Assembly: GCA_024637035.1 (NCBI GenBank)
Contig: JAGXFW010000025.1
Location: forward strand, 11,626-75,625
From: Actinomycetes bacterium
GTDB lineage: Bacteria > Actinomycetota > Thermoleophilia > RBG-16-64-13
Length of the DNA: 64,000 nucleotides
Direction: 5' to 3'
Part shown: positions 1-8,300 of the stretch, one piece after another
How positions within the stretch are numbered: the first letter of the stretch is position 1
How the letters are laid out: each line of letters opens with the position of its first letter
Notes under the pieces: generated by a model
Seen by the model: only the letters and a program-made list of their open reading frames with translations
What the model was told of the DNA's origin: nothing
Database searches by the model: none
Made by a program: the position numbers and the translations under genes

Positions 1-222
1 GCTCCCACCTATGACGGTGGCCCCGTCCTCCGAGCGCACACCCGCCAACTCCGGCACACGCGAGAGGCTCACCAAGGCAGCGGGCTGCTCGACCCGGTGC
101 TTCATGTTGACCAGGAGGTCGGTGCCGCCCGCCACCGGACGCGCGCCCGGCACCTCGGAGAGCATGGTCACCGCTTCGGCGAGCGAGCCGGGCTGGTAGT
201 ACTCGAACCTGGGTAGTCGCAT
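1..222 (-). CDS. Partial CDS, N-terminal part: FAD-binding subunit of a molybdopterin-dependent dehydrogenase (CoxM/XdhB-like)
   Basis: Reverse-strand translation from the ATG at 222 (GGAGG RBS 8 nt upstream) gives MRLPRFEYYQPGSLAEAVTMLSEVPGARPVAGGTDLLVNMKHRV..., matching the FAD-binding subunit of CO/xanthine dehydrogenase. It runs off the window edge and is not in the ORF track. Confidence 0.65.
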   Translation of the reverse strand, partial: MRLPRFEYYQPGSLAEAVTMLSEVPGARPVAGGTDLLVNMKHRVEQPAALVSLSRVPELAGVRSEDGATVIGGS

Positions 223-492
223 CTATCCGCCTCCTGTGCGGGCGTGCCGTTGGGGTGCGCCCGCGCGTGCAGGCGGTCGATCGTTGTCGGCGCATGAGTA
301 GGGTCAGCGGGGCCGAGTCCCACGCACCAATCACCCGGAGTCGTACTCCTGCGACTGGGAGTTCTGTAGAGCGCACCCGCGGCCTGCTGAGCGTACTCAC
401 CCAGTATATGGTGGTTGGTGGCAGCCAGTCAAGAAGAGCGTGTGCGTATGCCTCCGATAGCTCGGGAGGTCGCAGGTGCGTACCCGCGTGCC

Positions 493-1626
493 TCAGCCCA
501 GGTGAGCATCCACCGCCATCAATAGCGCGGCCGCGGCCCGATCGATGTCACCCGCCGTGGTCTGGATTCCGAGGGTGAGCCGAAGGGCACCCAGCGCCCG
601 CTCCGGCGAGAGTCCCATCGCCAGGAGCACGCCTGAGGGGCTGTCCTCGCCCTCGTGACACGCCGATCCGGTGGACGCTTCCACTTCGGCGCACGTGTCC
701 AGCACCTCCCGACCGAGCGCCCCAGGCACACTCACGTTCAACGTGTTCGGCAGCCTGTCGGTGAGGTGACCGTTCAGCTCGAGGCCGGGGATGCCCGCTA
801 CGAGTAGCTCGTGCAGTCGATCTCGCAGCGGCCGCACCTGTGTAGCAAACGTCGCCAGACCGCGCTCCAGCGCCAGGGCGCAGGCCTCACCCAACCCGGC
901 GATGTAGGCCACGTTCTCTGTGCCGGCGCGGCGGCCACCCTCGTGACCCGCGCCGTGGATCACCGGCTCGAGTGGCACACCAGCACGCACGAACAGGGCG
1001 CCCACGCCTTTCGGCGCCCCCATCTTGTGACCCGCCACCGTGAGCAGGTCGATGGCGTCGTCAAGCACGTGGATGGGCACCTTGCCGACGCTCTGAGCCG
1101 CGTCGATGTGGAAGAGCACGCCCCGCGCGTGGCAGAGGGCGGCGATCGGCACCACTGGGTTCATCACGCCGGTCTCGTTGTTGGAGTGCATGATCGACAC
1201 GAGCACGGTATCGCGTCGAAGCGCCCGGGCCACGTCCCCGGGACGCACGCGGCCGTCGCCGCCCACGGGCACCACGGTGAGCTCCCATCCTTCCCGCTCG
1301 AGAAAGCGGGCCGGAGCCGTCACTGCGGGGTGCTCCGTCGCAGAGATCACCAGGTGGCGGCCCTTGTCGCGGTGGGCGTAGGCGACTCCCTTGAGAGCCA
1401 GGTTGTTGCTCTCGGAGCCGCTGCCGGTGAAGACGATCTCGGTGGCGTCACAGCCCAGGAGCGCGGCCACCTGCCCTCGTGCCCGGGCCACCGCCGCGGC
1501 CGCTTCACGGCCCGCGGCGTGGTCACTCGAAGGGTTGCCGCCGGGACTGCGCAGGTACGCCTCGATGACCGTCGCCACCCGTGGATGCACTTGCGTGGTG
1601 GCGTTGTTGTCCAGATAGATGGGCAT
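493..1626 (-). CDS. iscS: Cysteine desulfurase (class V aminotransferase, IscS/NifS-like)
   Basis: 377-aa ORF starting MPIYLDNNATT, with a PLP-lysine context (AGHKMGAPKGVGAL) and the C-terminal SACHEGE catalytic Cys loop. Confidence 0.9.
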   Translation of the reverse strand: MPIYLDNNATTQVHPRVATVIEAYLRSPGGNPSSDHAAGREAAAAVARARGQVAALLGCDATEIVFTGSGSESNNLALKGVAYAHRDKGRHLVISATEHPAVTAPARFLEREGWELTVVPVGGDGRVRPGDVARALRRDTVLVSIMHSNNETGVMNPVVPIAALCHARGVLFHIDAAQSVGKVPIHVLDDAIDLLTVAGHKMGAPKGVGALFVRAGVPLEPVIHGAGHEGGRRAGTENVAYIAGLGEACALALERGLATFATQVRPLRDRLHELLVAGIPGLELNGHLTDRLPNTLNVSVPGALGREVLDTCAEVEASTGSACHEGEDSPSGVLLAMGLSPERALGALRLTLGIQTTAGDIDRAAAALLMAVDAHLG

Positions 1627-1842
1627 GGTCTCGCTCGACCCCCTCCGTTCCGACGATCCGGCGAACGTCCTTCACTTTCGGGCGACCCGCCACCTCTTGG
1701 CTTACATACCCGCCTACGAACTTCATGTATCCGAACGTTCAGTGCGGCGCACTCCGCTTCTCGCCACATGGCCAATGAAACGGCCGTCCGTCTCGGCGAA
1801 AGTGTCCGGTAGGCTACAACAGCGACCGTTCGGAGCTGCCAC

Positions 1843-3144
1843 GTGGATGCCATCGACAGCGGAGATACCGCCTTCATTCTCGTCTCGACCGCGCTGGTCA
1901 TGCTCATGACCCCGGGGCTTGCCCTCTTCTACGGGGGCATGGTGCGGAGCAAGAACGTCATGAGCGTCCTCATGCAGAGCTTCGTACTCATTGGTCTTGT
2001 GTCCATCGTGTGGGCCGTGATCGGCTATAGCCTAGCCTTCGGATCCGACCACGGGGGAGTGATCGGCTCACTGGAGTGGATAGGCTTGCGCGGTGTCGGA
2101 CAGGCGCCGAACGCCGACTACGCAGCCACCGTACCCCATCTGGCCTTCATGATGTTCCAGGGGATGTTCGCCGTGATCACTCCGGCGCTCATCACCGGGG
2201 CATTCGCCGAACGCATGAAGTTCTCGACGTTCCTCGTCTTCAGCCTACTGTGGACGGTGCTGGTCTACAGTCCGACAGCCCACTGGGTGTGGGGAGTGGG
2301 AGGATGGATCCGGGAACTCGGTGCTTTGGACTTCGCCGGCGGAACGGTGGTTCACGTCAGCTCGGCCGTAGCGGCCCTCGCTGCTGTGTTGGTCATCGGC
2401 CGGCGGCGTGGCCACGGGACGGTGGCCATGCATCCACACAACCTGCCCATGACCCTCATGGGCGCGGGCATCCTCTGGTTCGGTTGGTTCGGCTTCAACG
2501 CCGGCAGCGCCCTCTCCTCGGGAGGTCTCGCGACCCAAGCGTTCGTGACCACGCACCTCGCCGCCGCCGCCGCGGCTCTATCGTGGGCCGCCGCCGAGTG
2601 GGTGCATCGAGGCCAGCCGACCAGCCTCGGCGTGGCCTCCGGGTTGGTGGCGGGTCTCGTGGCCGTCACCCCAGCCGCAGGATTCGTGGGGCCGATGTCG
2701 GCCATCGTGATCGGACTTGTGGCGGGCAGCCTCTGCTACTTGGGCGTACTCGCGAAGTTGAAGCTGGGCTACGACGACAGCCTCGACGTCGTCGGCGTTC
2801 ACGGGGTGGGCGGCACGTTCGGTGCGATTGCAACCGGGCTCCTCGCGCAGGCGGCTGTCAACTCGGCGGGCGCGGACGGTGCTTTCTTCGGCAACCCAGG
2901 GCTGCTGGCCAAGCAGGCAGTGGCCGTGTTGGCGGTCATGGCCTGGTCATTCGGGATCACCTACGGCATCGTAAGCCTGCTCAAAGCGTTCATGGGCGCC
3001 CGCGTGGACGAAGAAGCCGAGATGCTGGGGCTCGACCTGAGTCAGCACAGCGAGGCAGCCTACGCATTCGGAGCGGATGGCGGTTGGCGTCTGCAGCCAG
3101 AGCAACTGGGCGGTCATCCCGAGGCGACTGGGCTCACGGGCTAG
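1843..3144 (+). CDS. amt: Ammonium transporter Amt
   Basis: 433-aa polytopic membrane protein with Amt signatures (DTAFILVSTALVMLMTPGLALFYGG, twin-His region). GTG start with GGAG upstream. Confidence 0.9.
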   Translation: MDAIDSGDTAFILVSTALVMLMTPGLALFYGGMVRSKNVMSVLMQSFVLIGLVSIVWAVIGYSLAFGSDHGGVIGSLEWIGLRGVGQAPNADYAATVPHLAFMMFQGMFAVITPALITGAFAERMKFSTFLVFSLLWTVLVYSPTAHWVWGVGGWIRELGALDFAGGTVVHVSSAVAALAAVLVIGRRRGHGTVAMHPHNLPMTLMGAGILWFGWFGFNAGSALSSGGLATQAFVTTHLAAAAAALSWAAAEWVHRGQPTSLGVASGLVAGLVAVTPAAGFVGPMSAIVIGLVAGSLCYLGVLAKLKLGYDDSLDVVGVHGVGGTFGAIATGLLAQAAVNSAGADGAFFGNPGLLAKQAVAVLAVMAWSFGITYGIVSLLKAFMGARVDEEAEMLGLDLSQHSEAAYAFGADGGWRLQPEQLGGHPEATGLTG

Positions 3145-3191
3145 GCCCCCGCGCGGCCGGACGCCCCCTGCTCGCGCCCCCTGCTCGCGCC

Positions 3192-6100
3192 CTACTTCTT
3201 CGCGAACTTGAACCCCGCGAACTGCCCCGAGAGCTTGTTCATGAACTCCGGGAGGTTGTCCCCCAGACCGGCCGCCTTGAGAGCAGCATCGCCGGCCTCC
3301 GGTTTCCACGCGCCCGAGGCGACCTTCTCGACGATATGCATGCCCTTCAGCATCTCGGGGGGCGTGGGCTTCATCTTGTAGTCCTGAGCCATGTAGCCTG
3401 TCTTCGTCTCGACGAAGGAATGCGTGGCTTTCTCTGCCTGCTTGTAGGCGTCCAGCGTATTGCCGTCATGATACGACTCGGCCACCTTGGTCTCGTAGGT
3501 CTTGCCCAGGCCGTCGGGGTCCCGAAGCGTCGACTTGCCCTGCTTGGTGAGCGACAGGTTGCTTGTGGTCTGGGTCCTTTCCAACTTCCCAGTCGCCGGG
3601 TTCTTGACCCACGCTTGGTCGGACATGTCCACGGAAGCTTCGGCGTGATAGCCATCGGTGGGGAGTTGCTGCCGCTGACGCGACCACTCCGCGGCCTTGG
3701 CCGGGTCCTTCGGACCGCCCGTGACCTCGGAGAAGATCTCCTGCGACTTCCCTGCCCACTTCTCCTTGGGGATCTCGATGAAGATGTCCTTGCCGGTCAC
3801 AGGGTCCTTCTTCACGATGCCGGCACGATAGTCGCGATCTGTGCCGTGCGCATCACCAAACGGTTCCACCTTCACCTTCTGACCCTTGGCCTCAGGCACG
3901 TTCTGCTCCACCCACTTCGCCAACTGCGCGTCGTGCTTGCCGTACACCTCCTGCCGCGCGTTGTCGTAGGCCTCCCACGCTTTGGGGTCGTTCTTCCGAA
4001 GTTCGCGCGCGCCGTCGGGGTCGCGCATGATCTTCTCCATGGTGGAGTGGTCTACCGTGGGCTTGCCGTCGGCCCCCTTCGTGACTTTGTCCTTCACGCC
4101 CTTCGCCATCTTCTGGGCCCGGGTGCCGGGATCGGGCGCGTCGAACTCGGGAGCGTGTGCCGCCGGCTTGTGCCGAACCGTCTGCTTCTTGGCGCCGGGG
4201 CCGGGATGCACGACGCTGCCCGGGGCCGGCGGTGGGCGAGGCGGCTTCTGGCCGGGCCTCACGACGCTGCCCGGAGCGGGGGGCTTCCGTCCTGGCTTGG
4301 GCGCCGTCGGGCGCTTGGGTGCCTCCACCTCGGGCGTCCCTTTCTTCGCCCCCGGGGTCGCCCCGGGGGTAGCGCCCGTCACCATGCGCAGGAAGCTGAT
4401 GATGGCTTGGTCACGCAGCATCTTGAGCGTGCGCTCCATGGCCCCGGTGATACTGTGCTCCGGGTCGAGAGCCCATTCCTTCGCGAACGTGTAGCCGATG
4501 AAGGCCAGCCACACCACGGCCTTGTTGCGCCCGGTGAGGTGGGCGATGAAGTCGGGGTCGGTCCACTGGCCCTCGACGACGTTCAAGCCCAGGACGATCT
4601 GCTGCTTCGCCCACCACGTGAGGTCGCGCCCGTCGACGTACGCCTCCATGGCCGAGACGAGGACGGGTTTCGCCATCCCCAGACCGATCGCGCCGAGGGA
4701 GCCGAGGATGGAACCGCTCGCCACCCCGAGAGCGATGTCGCCGCAGTAGGAGATCCAATCGAGCACCCCCTCCACCTGCTCGATGTACCAGGCGATCTCC
4801 TCCCAATCGGCAGCCTCTTGGCTGAAGGCGTTCTCCGAGATGTCCCAGACGCGCTTGCGCATCTCGTAGAGACCCTCGGCCCCCATGAGCGGGCCCCGCT
4901 CCACCACCAGGTCACGGAACTTCTGCTGGTGTTCGCGCGGGGCGAAGTCCTCGATGATCTTGAGACAGCGCTCGCGTTCCAGTTTCCATTCCGGGGAGAA
5001 GGGCGAGGTGTCGACGCCCAGCAGCTTCAGTGCCACGTCGGCGGAGAACTCCGGCTTGTCGAACCCAGGCACCGACGCGCGCAGGATCGCCGGCACGGGC
5101 TCCCCGGAGGTGGGGAGTTTCCGTGCCAGGACCGCCCTGAACGTCGCCGATGGGTTCTCAACACCGCGTCGTCCGGTGTGCTCGATCGTGAACTCGCGGA
5201 ACCCGAGCGCCGTGTGCCCCGGCGTCTTCTCAGGACCGCCCGGTCGCCACTCGACCGCGTCGGAGAGCTCCGGCTCCAGCCGGATCGTTCCGGACTCATC
5301 GCGCGCATAGACCCGCACGTCGATCTCGGTGGGTTCGCCCTCGCCCCGCGCCTCAAGGTGGAAGGTGCCGTCCGGGTGACGCCCCACCGGGTCCACGAAC
5401 AGGCCCTCACGGGTGACGCTCACCTTGAGATACCGCTCGAGACGGTCCCAGCCCTCGCCGTCCGCCGCAAGGACGAGGGTCGACACCTCTTCGGGACGAC
5501 CGATGTCGGGCAGGGCGACGGCGTCCTCGGTGAGGGTGACCACGGCCGTTGACGCCGTCTCCCGCTTGATCTCGACCCGGGCGACGGGCCGGTCGCCTTC
5601 CCGCCACTTCGACGTGAACGCCCACTCGAGGCCGCCGGGATTCTCGACCCACAGCACGGATTCAGCGATCTCTCGAGTGCCCACCGAGAACTCCACGGAG
5701 TCAGGCCGACAGTCGAGGACGGGCGGACGCTCCAAAGCCACCGTGACGCTCCCCTCGAGGATCTGCACGCCCAGCTGTGCGGTCGCGGCGACGCGAACGG
5801 ACTCCGGAGGGGTGACGGGATGGTCGGGATCGGGGGGTGACGCAGCGATGGGGATGGCCTTGCCGTCGGGCACGTCTACCTCTTCACCCACATCGAGCCA
5901 GTCGGCCGCCGACGGGCGGCCGAAGCGGATCGAACGCCGTGCCGTCTCGAGGTCGAAGGCGGGGTTGGCCTGCGCCGCCGGGCTGGGCTTCAGCACGGCC
6001 ACCACCCTCGCGACGTCGCGACCATTCGGCTTGAGCGACTTCCCGGGGGGCTCGAGGGTCACCTCGAGCGTGCTCTCCTGCTCGCCGGTGAGGGACACTT

Positions 6101-7217
6101 GAGCGGATGTCGCACCCTTGGAGGCCCGAGCCGCGACCCCGAGAGCGGCACCCGGCGCCACGTCCCCCGTCTGCCACACCGCGGCCTCCAGAGGCGACGG
6201 GCCGGAGGTCGGCGCCACCCCGACCCCCGGAGGCGGCCGCAGCGTCACGGTGGCGTCATCGGCTGGCTCCACTGCTCCCGAGGCGAGCACCTTCCACACG
6301 CGCGCCGAGAACCCGGCGGAGTACGCGGATGAGAGATCGAGATGTTCAGTGGAGAGTTCGAGCACATAGCCCACGTGCTCTTTGGGGTCGAGCTTCTTCT
6401 TCTTGCCGCGGCCGGAGGCTGCAGCACCGGCCACAGCAGCCGCCGCGGCCGCGACGGCGCCGGCTGCCGCGCCAGCGGTCTCCCAGGGGAGGCCACCCTC
6501 TGCGCTCTGGCTGCCACCACCAACCTGAGTCGAGCCGCCATCGGTCCACTCGATATCGAGGCCCTCGAATACCGTCTGATTCTCTGCCCACAGCGCATCG
6601 AGTTGATCGAAGTAGGCGGGTCGAACCATCACACCGCGTCCCACGAGAACTCCGACATCACCAAGTGGGATGTAGTAGGTGATCGATCGGCTCATCTCTA
6701 GAACCCCGGTGAAGGACTCACCCGTCGTCTCGACAGTCCCCTCGGTGAAGTATGCCGGCTTGCCGAACAACTCGATCGTGCCGTTGCGGTTGGCAACCGG
6801 TCGGTCGGAGTAGGTGGTGAAAGGCACGGAGGTGGCTTCTCCGCCTCCGAGAGGGTCCTGAATCGGGGTATTCGCAATGCGTTCCCAGTCGAACCCGTCA
6901 AGGAACACCTCGAGATCCTTGTACGGATCTCCCGGCACGATGGATACGAACACCGATGATCCGAAGGCCGGTAGGCCGTCCTCCGTACTCTCTTCGCGCT
7001 TGACCGATGTCAGGTAGTTCGGTTCTCCGTTGGGCGCGGCGTTCTCCTTGAACTGCCACGCTGCGGGCTGCACGTTGAACTTGACGGTGGCGACGGGCTC
7101 GGCGAGCGCGGGGGCGCTCCCGGCCAGCACCGCAAAGACGACGCTCCCGACGAGAAGACAGAGTCGGACGGTTCGCGACAGAGGAGTCACCGGTGTACGC
7201 CGCGCGCGAACGCTCAC
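3192..7217 (-). CDS. Large (about 1,342 aa) signal-peptide-bearing protein of unknown function, with beta-rich middle domains, a Pro-rich linker and a Lys-rich C-terminal domain
   Basis: The 1,609-aa track ORF is trimmed to a GTG at 7217 that overlaps the upstream gene's stop as GTGA. The trimmed start is followed by a Sec-type signal peptide (VRARRTPVTPLSRTVRLCLLVGSVVFAVLAGSAPALA|EP). No Walker A, HExxH or CxxC motifs were found. Confidence 0.6.
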   Translation of the reverse strand: MSVRARRTPVTPLSRTVRLCLLVGSVVFAVLAGSAPALAEPVATVKFNVQPAAWQFKENAAPNGEPNYLTSVKREESTEDGLPAFGSSVFVSIVPGDPYKDLEVFLDGFDWERIANTPIQDPLGGGEATSVPFTTYSDRPVANRNGTIELFGKPAYFTEGTVETTGESFTGVLEMSRSITYYIPLGDVGVLVGRGVMVRPAYFDQLDALWAENQTVFEGLDIEWTDGGSTQVGGGSQSAEGGLPWETAGAAAGAVAAAAAAVAGAAASGRGKKKKLDPKEHVGYVLELSTEHLDLSSAYSAGFSARVWKVLASGAVEPADDATVTLRPPPGVGVAPTSGPSPLEAAVWQTGDVAPGAALGVAARASKGATSAQVSLTGEQESTLEVTLEPPGKSLKPNGRDVARVVAVLKPSPAAQANPAFDLETARRSIRFGRPSAADWLDVGEEVDVPDGKAIPIAASPPDPDHPVTPPESVRVAATAQLGVQILEGSVTVALERPPVLDCRPDSVEFSVGTREIAESVLWVENPGGLEWAFTSKWREGDRPVARVEIKRETASTAVVTLTEDAVALPDIGRPEEVSTLVLAADGEGWDRLERYLKVSVTREGLFVDPVGRHPDGTFHLEARGEGEPTEIDVRVYARDESGTIRLEPELSDAVEWRPGGPEKTPGHTALGFREFTIEHTGRRGVENPSATFRAVLARKLPTSGEPVPAILRASVPGFDKPEFSADVALKLLGVDTSPFSPEWKLERERCLKIIEDFAPREHQQKFRDLVVERGPLMGAEGLYEMRKRVWDISENAFSQEAADWEEIAWYIEQVEGVLDWISYCGDIALGVASGSILGSLGAIGLGMAKPVLVSAMEAYVDGRDLTWWAKQQIVLGLNVVEGQWTDPDFIAHLTGRNKAVVWLAFIGYTFAKEWALDPEHSITGAMERTLKMLRDQAIISFLRMVTGATPGATPGAKKGTPEVEAPKRPTAPKPGRKPPAPGSVVRPGQKPPRPPPAPGSVVHPGPGAKKQTVRHKPAAHAPEFDAPDPGTRAQKMAKGVKDKVTKGADGKPTVDHSTMEKIMRDPDGARELRKNDPKAWEAYDNARQEVYGKHDAQLAKWVEQNVPEAKGQKVKVEPFGDAHGTDRDYRAGIVKKDPVTGKDIFIEIPKEKWAGKSQEIFSEVTGGPKDPAKAAEWSRQRQQLPTDGYHAEASVDMSDQAWVKNPATGKLERTQTTSNLSLTKQGKSTLRDPDGLGKTYETKVAESYHDGNTLDAYKQAEKATHSFVETKTGYMAQDYKMKPTPPEMLKGMHIVEKVASGAWKPEAGDAALKAAGLGDNLPEFMNKLSGQFAGFKFAKK

Positions 7218-8053
7218 TTCCGGAACCCCGCGATCGCCGTCGAGACAGCCAGCACCAGCCCGGAAGCCACGACCACCAGACTGGGGATCAGAGTCACCAG
7301 GCTGCCCGGGTCCGAACGGGCGCCGAAGGCAGCCACGCCCAGCGAGACGAGTTGCACCCCGCCCGTCACTATCGAAGCGATCCCGGTAAGAGCGCGCAAC
7401 CGGCCACCCCCCCGGCCTGCGACCATACCCAAGACCGAGGTCGCGGCCCCCGAAAGTACCCGCATCGCAAGCATGGGCACGTTGACTGCGCCTCCCGAGA
7501 GCAGGGCGATGAGCACATCCATCACCACCGTCACCGCAAGGCCGGCGGCCGGGCGGCGCAAGTTGGGCCGGGGAGCCATTGCCAACAACGACGGCGCGGC
7601 GGCACGGGCGAGCCCGGCGACGTCGGCGGTCTGTCCCCTCGAGATCGTCTGCCAGGGCAGCGTGAGCGCCAACCCTCCGAACGAGCCGACCGAACTCACG
7701 ATACCCGCTGCCGAGGCCGTCCCAGAGAGCACGGCCGTGACCCCCCCGGAGTGGGGCCGTGGGGGCGGAGGCGGGGTCGCGGTGGGCAGAGGCGCGGCTG
7801 TCTCGGGGGGGAGCGCGGGCGGCGAGCCCGCGGGCTCCGGTGTAGCGCCCGGCGAAGCCCCCACCGACGCGATCCGGGCACCGCAGGAGATGCAGAAGGC
7901 CTTCCCGGGCACCAGAGTCGAGCCGCACTCGGAACACGCAGCGGGCATCGGGGGCGACCCCGGTCGTCGGGCACCGCACGCCGTGCAGTACAGCACGCCG
8001 GGCGCCAGCTCGGCCCCACACGTGGTGCAGAAGGTCACCGAACGTGCGCTCAC
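7214..8053 (-). CDS. Double zinc-ribbon membrane protein
   Basis: Two CxxC...CxxC ribbons (CTTCG..CTACG; CSECG..CISCG), a Pro-rich linker, then 3-4 predicted TM helices. Its stop overlaps the downstream giant gene's start (GTGA). Confidence 0.6.
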   Translation of the reverse strand: MSARSVTFCTTCGAELAPGVLYCTACGARRPGSPPMPAACSECGSTLVPGKAFCISCGARIASVGASPGATPEPAGSPPALPPETAAPLPTATPPPPPRPHSGGVTAVLSGTASAAGIVSSVGSFGGLALTLPWQTISRGQTADVAGLARAAAPSLLAMAPRPNLRRPAAGLAVTVVMDVLIALLSGGAVNVPMLAMRVLSGAATSVLGMVAGRGGGRLRALTGIASIVTGGVQLVSLGVAAFGARSDPGSLVTLIPSLVVVASGLVLAVSTAIAGFRK

Positions 8054-8300
8054 GCGCCCGACTCGGTCATCGCGTCCCCATACGCTGCCGCTGTCGACCC
8101 GCCATCCCGCCTCCGGTATCTCGGAAGTGGTACGACAATACTACGGCCGGTCAGCGCGGCACAAGCAAGGCGGGCCGGCATGTGGGGTGCATCGGACTTG
8201 GATGCGCCGCGAGAGACGCACAGAACGGCCGGGGCCCGCTACCCGCGGACCCCGGCCCGTCCTCGATCTACCTGCCCGCGGTCTCTACCTTCTCACGGGT

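Noticed and set aside
1627-1842. GlnR/NtrC-type nitrogen-regulator box upstream of amt
   Set aside because: Only loose GAAC/GTTC-type short palindromes (GAACGTTC, GAACTTC) are present. This is not a convincing match to the actinobacterial GlnR box (GTnAC-n6-GAAAC), and no glnK follows amt.
2076-5552. Very long ORFs in alternative frames or on the opposite strand of well-supported genes (for example 2076-5552 +, 9204-11597 +, 22774-24957 +, 17388-19067 +, 36130-37572 +, 58762-60126 -, 811-1812 +)
   Set aside because: Their Arg/Pro/Gly/His-rich low-complexity translations have no recognisable motifs and overlap strongly supported conserved genes. These are typical spurious open frames of about 70% GC DNA.
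6300-6480. Ala-rich hydrophobic stretch (AGAAAGAVAAAAAAVAGAAASG-RGKKKK) inside the giant protein, considered as a transmembrane helix
   Set aside because: Ambiguous. It could equally be a flexible poly-Ala/Gly linker, because beta-rich Ig-like-looking segments follow it. Topology is left open.
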